64,000 nucleotides of DNA, taken from positions 704,001 to 768,000 of the forward strand of contig CAWBNQ010000003.1 of NCBI GenBank assembly GCA_963790205.1. Direction: 5' to 3'. The position numbers and the translations under genes were made by a program. Shown one piece after another: positions 62,192 to 64,000 of the stretch (position 1 is the stretch's first letter; every line of letters begins with the position of its first letter). The notes beneath the pieces were generated by a model. The model worked only from the letters and a program-made list of their open reading frames with translations, had not been told where the DNA came from and made no database searches. Source of the DNA: Nitrospirota bacterium (lineage in GTDB: Bacteria > Nitrospirota > UBA9217).

Positions 62192-62541
62192 ACATTAATG
62201 AATAACTCAACCCGGACAAACCGGACATCATTTTAGCCGCAGAATTCACCTAAAGCACAGGGAAAAACCGAGTTGCTGATATAAATCGAAATCCTGTTTT
62301 TTAGTTCTTTGTGTCTTTTGTGCTTTTTGCGGCAAAATATTCTTGCCATTTTGGGTAGACATTGATTCCTTAAGTTACTAAAATCAAATTTTCACACGGA
62401 GACACAAAGGCGCTAAGAAGGGCACACTGAAATTCAGGATTTTTTTTCTTTGTGACTTCGTGACTTTGTGTGAGGCAAGACTTTTACGGTTCTCTAAAAT
62501 TGATCCAAGGTTATTTCGGGAACACCTGCGAGGAGAAATGC

Positions 62542-64000
62542 ATGTCCGGCGCATTCGTATCGGATCCTGAGAAAATCTACGACGTCCTCGTGGTCGGCGG
62601 CGGCATAACCGGCGCGGGCGTGGCGCGGGACGCGGCGCTGCGCGGGCTCTCCTGCCTGCTTTTGGAAAAGGGGGACTTCGCCTCCGGCGTCACGTCCAAG
62701 TCCACGCGCCTGATCCACGGCGGCCTGCGGTATTTGGCGAACTTCGAAGTGGACCTCGTGGCCGAATCGCTCCGGGAGCGGGCCATCCTGCGGAGGATGG
62801 CGCCGTACCTGATCCGTCCCATTCCGCTCGTCATCCCCATCTACAAGGGCGATCCGCACGGCAGGGCGGTCATCTCCCTGGGCATCCATCTCTACGACCT
62901 GTTGTCCCACGAGCACGATATCCCGCACTACTTCACCTCGGGAAGGGACCAGACCCTTGCCTTCGAGCCGCGCCTGAACCAGGACGGCCTCACCGGGAGC
63001 GCGCTGTTCTACGACCACCAGATCCTGATGCCCGAGCGGCTGGTGCTGGAGAACATCATCGGCGCGCGCGAGGCCGGCGCCGCGGTCCTGAATTACGTCC
63101 GGGCCGAGAAGATCGAGGAGACGAAGGCCGGCATCACGGTGACCGCGCGAGACGTTCTGGCGGACCGGGCGCAGGTTTTCCGTTCCAAGGTCCTGATCAA
63201 CGCCTCCGGCCCCTGGAGCGACTCGGTGCGGCGCGCGGGAAACATCGATTCCCGCAGGATCATATTCCCGACAAAAGGCATCCACCTCGTTTTGCCGAAG
63301 CTCTCCGAGCAGGCCCTGTTCGTGACCTCGAAGGACGGCAGGATGTTCTTTATCATTCCCCTGGACCAGTGGTCCCTCATCGGCACCACGGACACGAAGT
63401 ATGAAGAAAGCCTGGACGACGTGCACGCGAACAAAGACGACGTGGACTACCTGATAGCCGAGAGCAGGCGCGTTCTTCCCGGGCTGAACATCACGCGGGA
63501 GGCCATTCTCTACACCTACGCCGGGATACGGCCGCTCGCCTTTTCGGGGACGAGCGAGTCGAAGATCTCGCGCAAGCACCGGGTCATCAAAGAGGGAAGG
63601 ACGCGGAGGATCATCACGATCGCCGGCGGCAAGCTCACGACCTACCGCAACATGGCCAAAGACGCGGTGGACGCAGCGTGCAGGGCGCTCGGCAGGAAGG
63701 CGTTGTGCGTGACCGACCGGAGACCGTTCCCCGGCGGATTGCCCGGGGACTATGACGACTACCTGAAAGAGGCCGTGCCGGAGCTGGCGTCGCGGCATAG
63801 GATCGGCGAAGAGACCGTCCGCCACCTGGTCCGCTTCTACGGCTCCCGGGCCGGGCGCGTGCTCGAGCTTGCCGAGACGGACCGGCTGATGGGAGCGGCC
63901 ATCTCCCCCGAGAGCCGGGACGTCTACGCCCAGGTCGTCTACAGCGTCCGGGAGGAAGGCGCCAGGACGCTGTCGGACATCGTCCTCCGGCGGATGCACC
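62542..64000 (+). CDS. glpD: FAD-dependent glycerol-3-phosphate dehydrogenase/oxidase (runs off the window; absent from the ORF track)
   Basis: Manual translation: MSGAFVSDPEKIYDVLVVGGGITGAGVARDAALRGL...DFASGVTSKSTRLIHGGLRYL, later GTTD and GGKLTTYR. Confidence 0.93.
   Translation, partial: MSGAFVSDPEKIYDVLVVGGGITGAGVARDAALRGLSCLLLEKGDFASGVTSKSTRLIHGGLRYLANFEVDLVAESLRERAILRRMAPYLIRPIPLVIPIYKGDPHGRAVISLGIHLYDLLSHEHDIPHYFTSGRDQTLAFEPRLNQDGLTGSALFYDHQILMPERLVLENIIGAREAGAAVLNYVRAEKIEETKAGITVTARDVLADRAQVFRSKVLINASGPWSDSVRRAGNIDSRRIIFPTKGIHLVLPKLSEQALFVTSKDGRMFFIIPLDQWSLIGTTDTKYEESLDDVHANKDDVDYLIAESRRVLPGLNITREAILYTYAGIRPLAFSGTSESKISRKHRVIKEGRTRRIITIAGGKLTTYRNMAKDAVDAACRALGRKALCVTDRRPFPGGLPGDYDDYLKEAVPELASRHRIGEETVRHLVRFYGSRAGRVLELAETDRLMGAAISPESRDVYAQVVYSVREEGARTLSDIVLRRMH

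Noticed and set aside
10874..63999. Long antisense or alternate-frame ORFs (e.g. 10874-12292, 31872-33107, 34331-36232, 42758-44179, 62494-63999)
   Set aside because: They shadow well-supported genes on the other strand and have no motifs. This is expected in GC-rich DNA.

Overview
GC-rich bacterial chromosomal window. Gene order suggests a Nitrospirota/Desulfobacterota-like diderm (inference). Left (1-13.8 kb): conserved lptCAB-rpoN-hpf-ptsN-hprK-rapZ, a complete mannose-class PTS (IIA-IID), ptsH, ptsI and cobD. An accessory island (14.3-28.3 kb) carries a three-gene module: a ~2,740-aa secreted RCC1/Ig-repeat protein, a small exported protein and a secreted Zn-dependent PLC/P1-nuclease-fold protein. 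The giant gene is split by a 2,572-bp element encoding a tyrosine recombinase and an IS91-type Y2 transposase. Both element ends and the empty site can be rebuilt exactly, and the joined ends fold into a long single-strand hairpin across the crossover. The middle holds alr-mlaEFD-galU-lon (1-nt frameshift)-thiL and lipid-linked glycosylation genes. A minus-strand, methyltransferase-rich polysaccharide cluster spans 44-58.8 kb. The right end holds patatin, a ~900-bp array of four ~175-nt structured units in two convergent pairs, glpQ and a truncated glpD. Intergenic DNA is full of nested miniature repeats, including a hairpin element with fixed ends and a variable core. No rRNA, tRNA or CRISPR array was seen. 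All calls are motif-based by eye; no database search was run.
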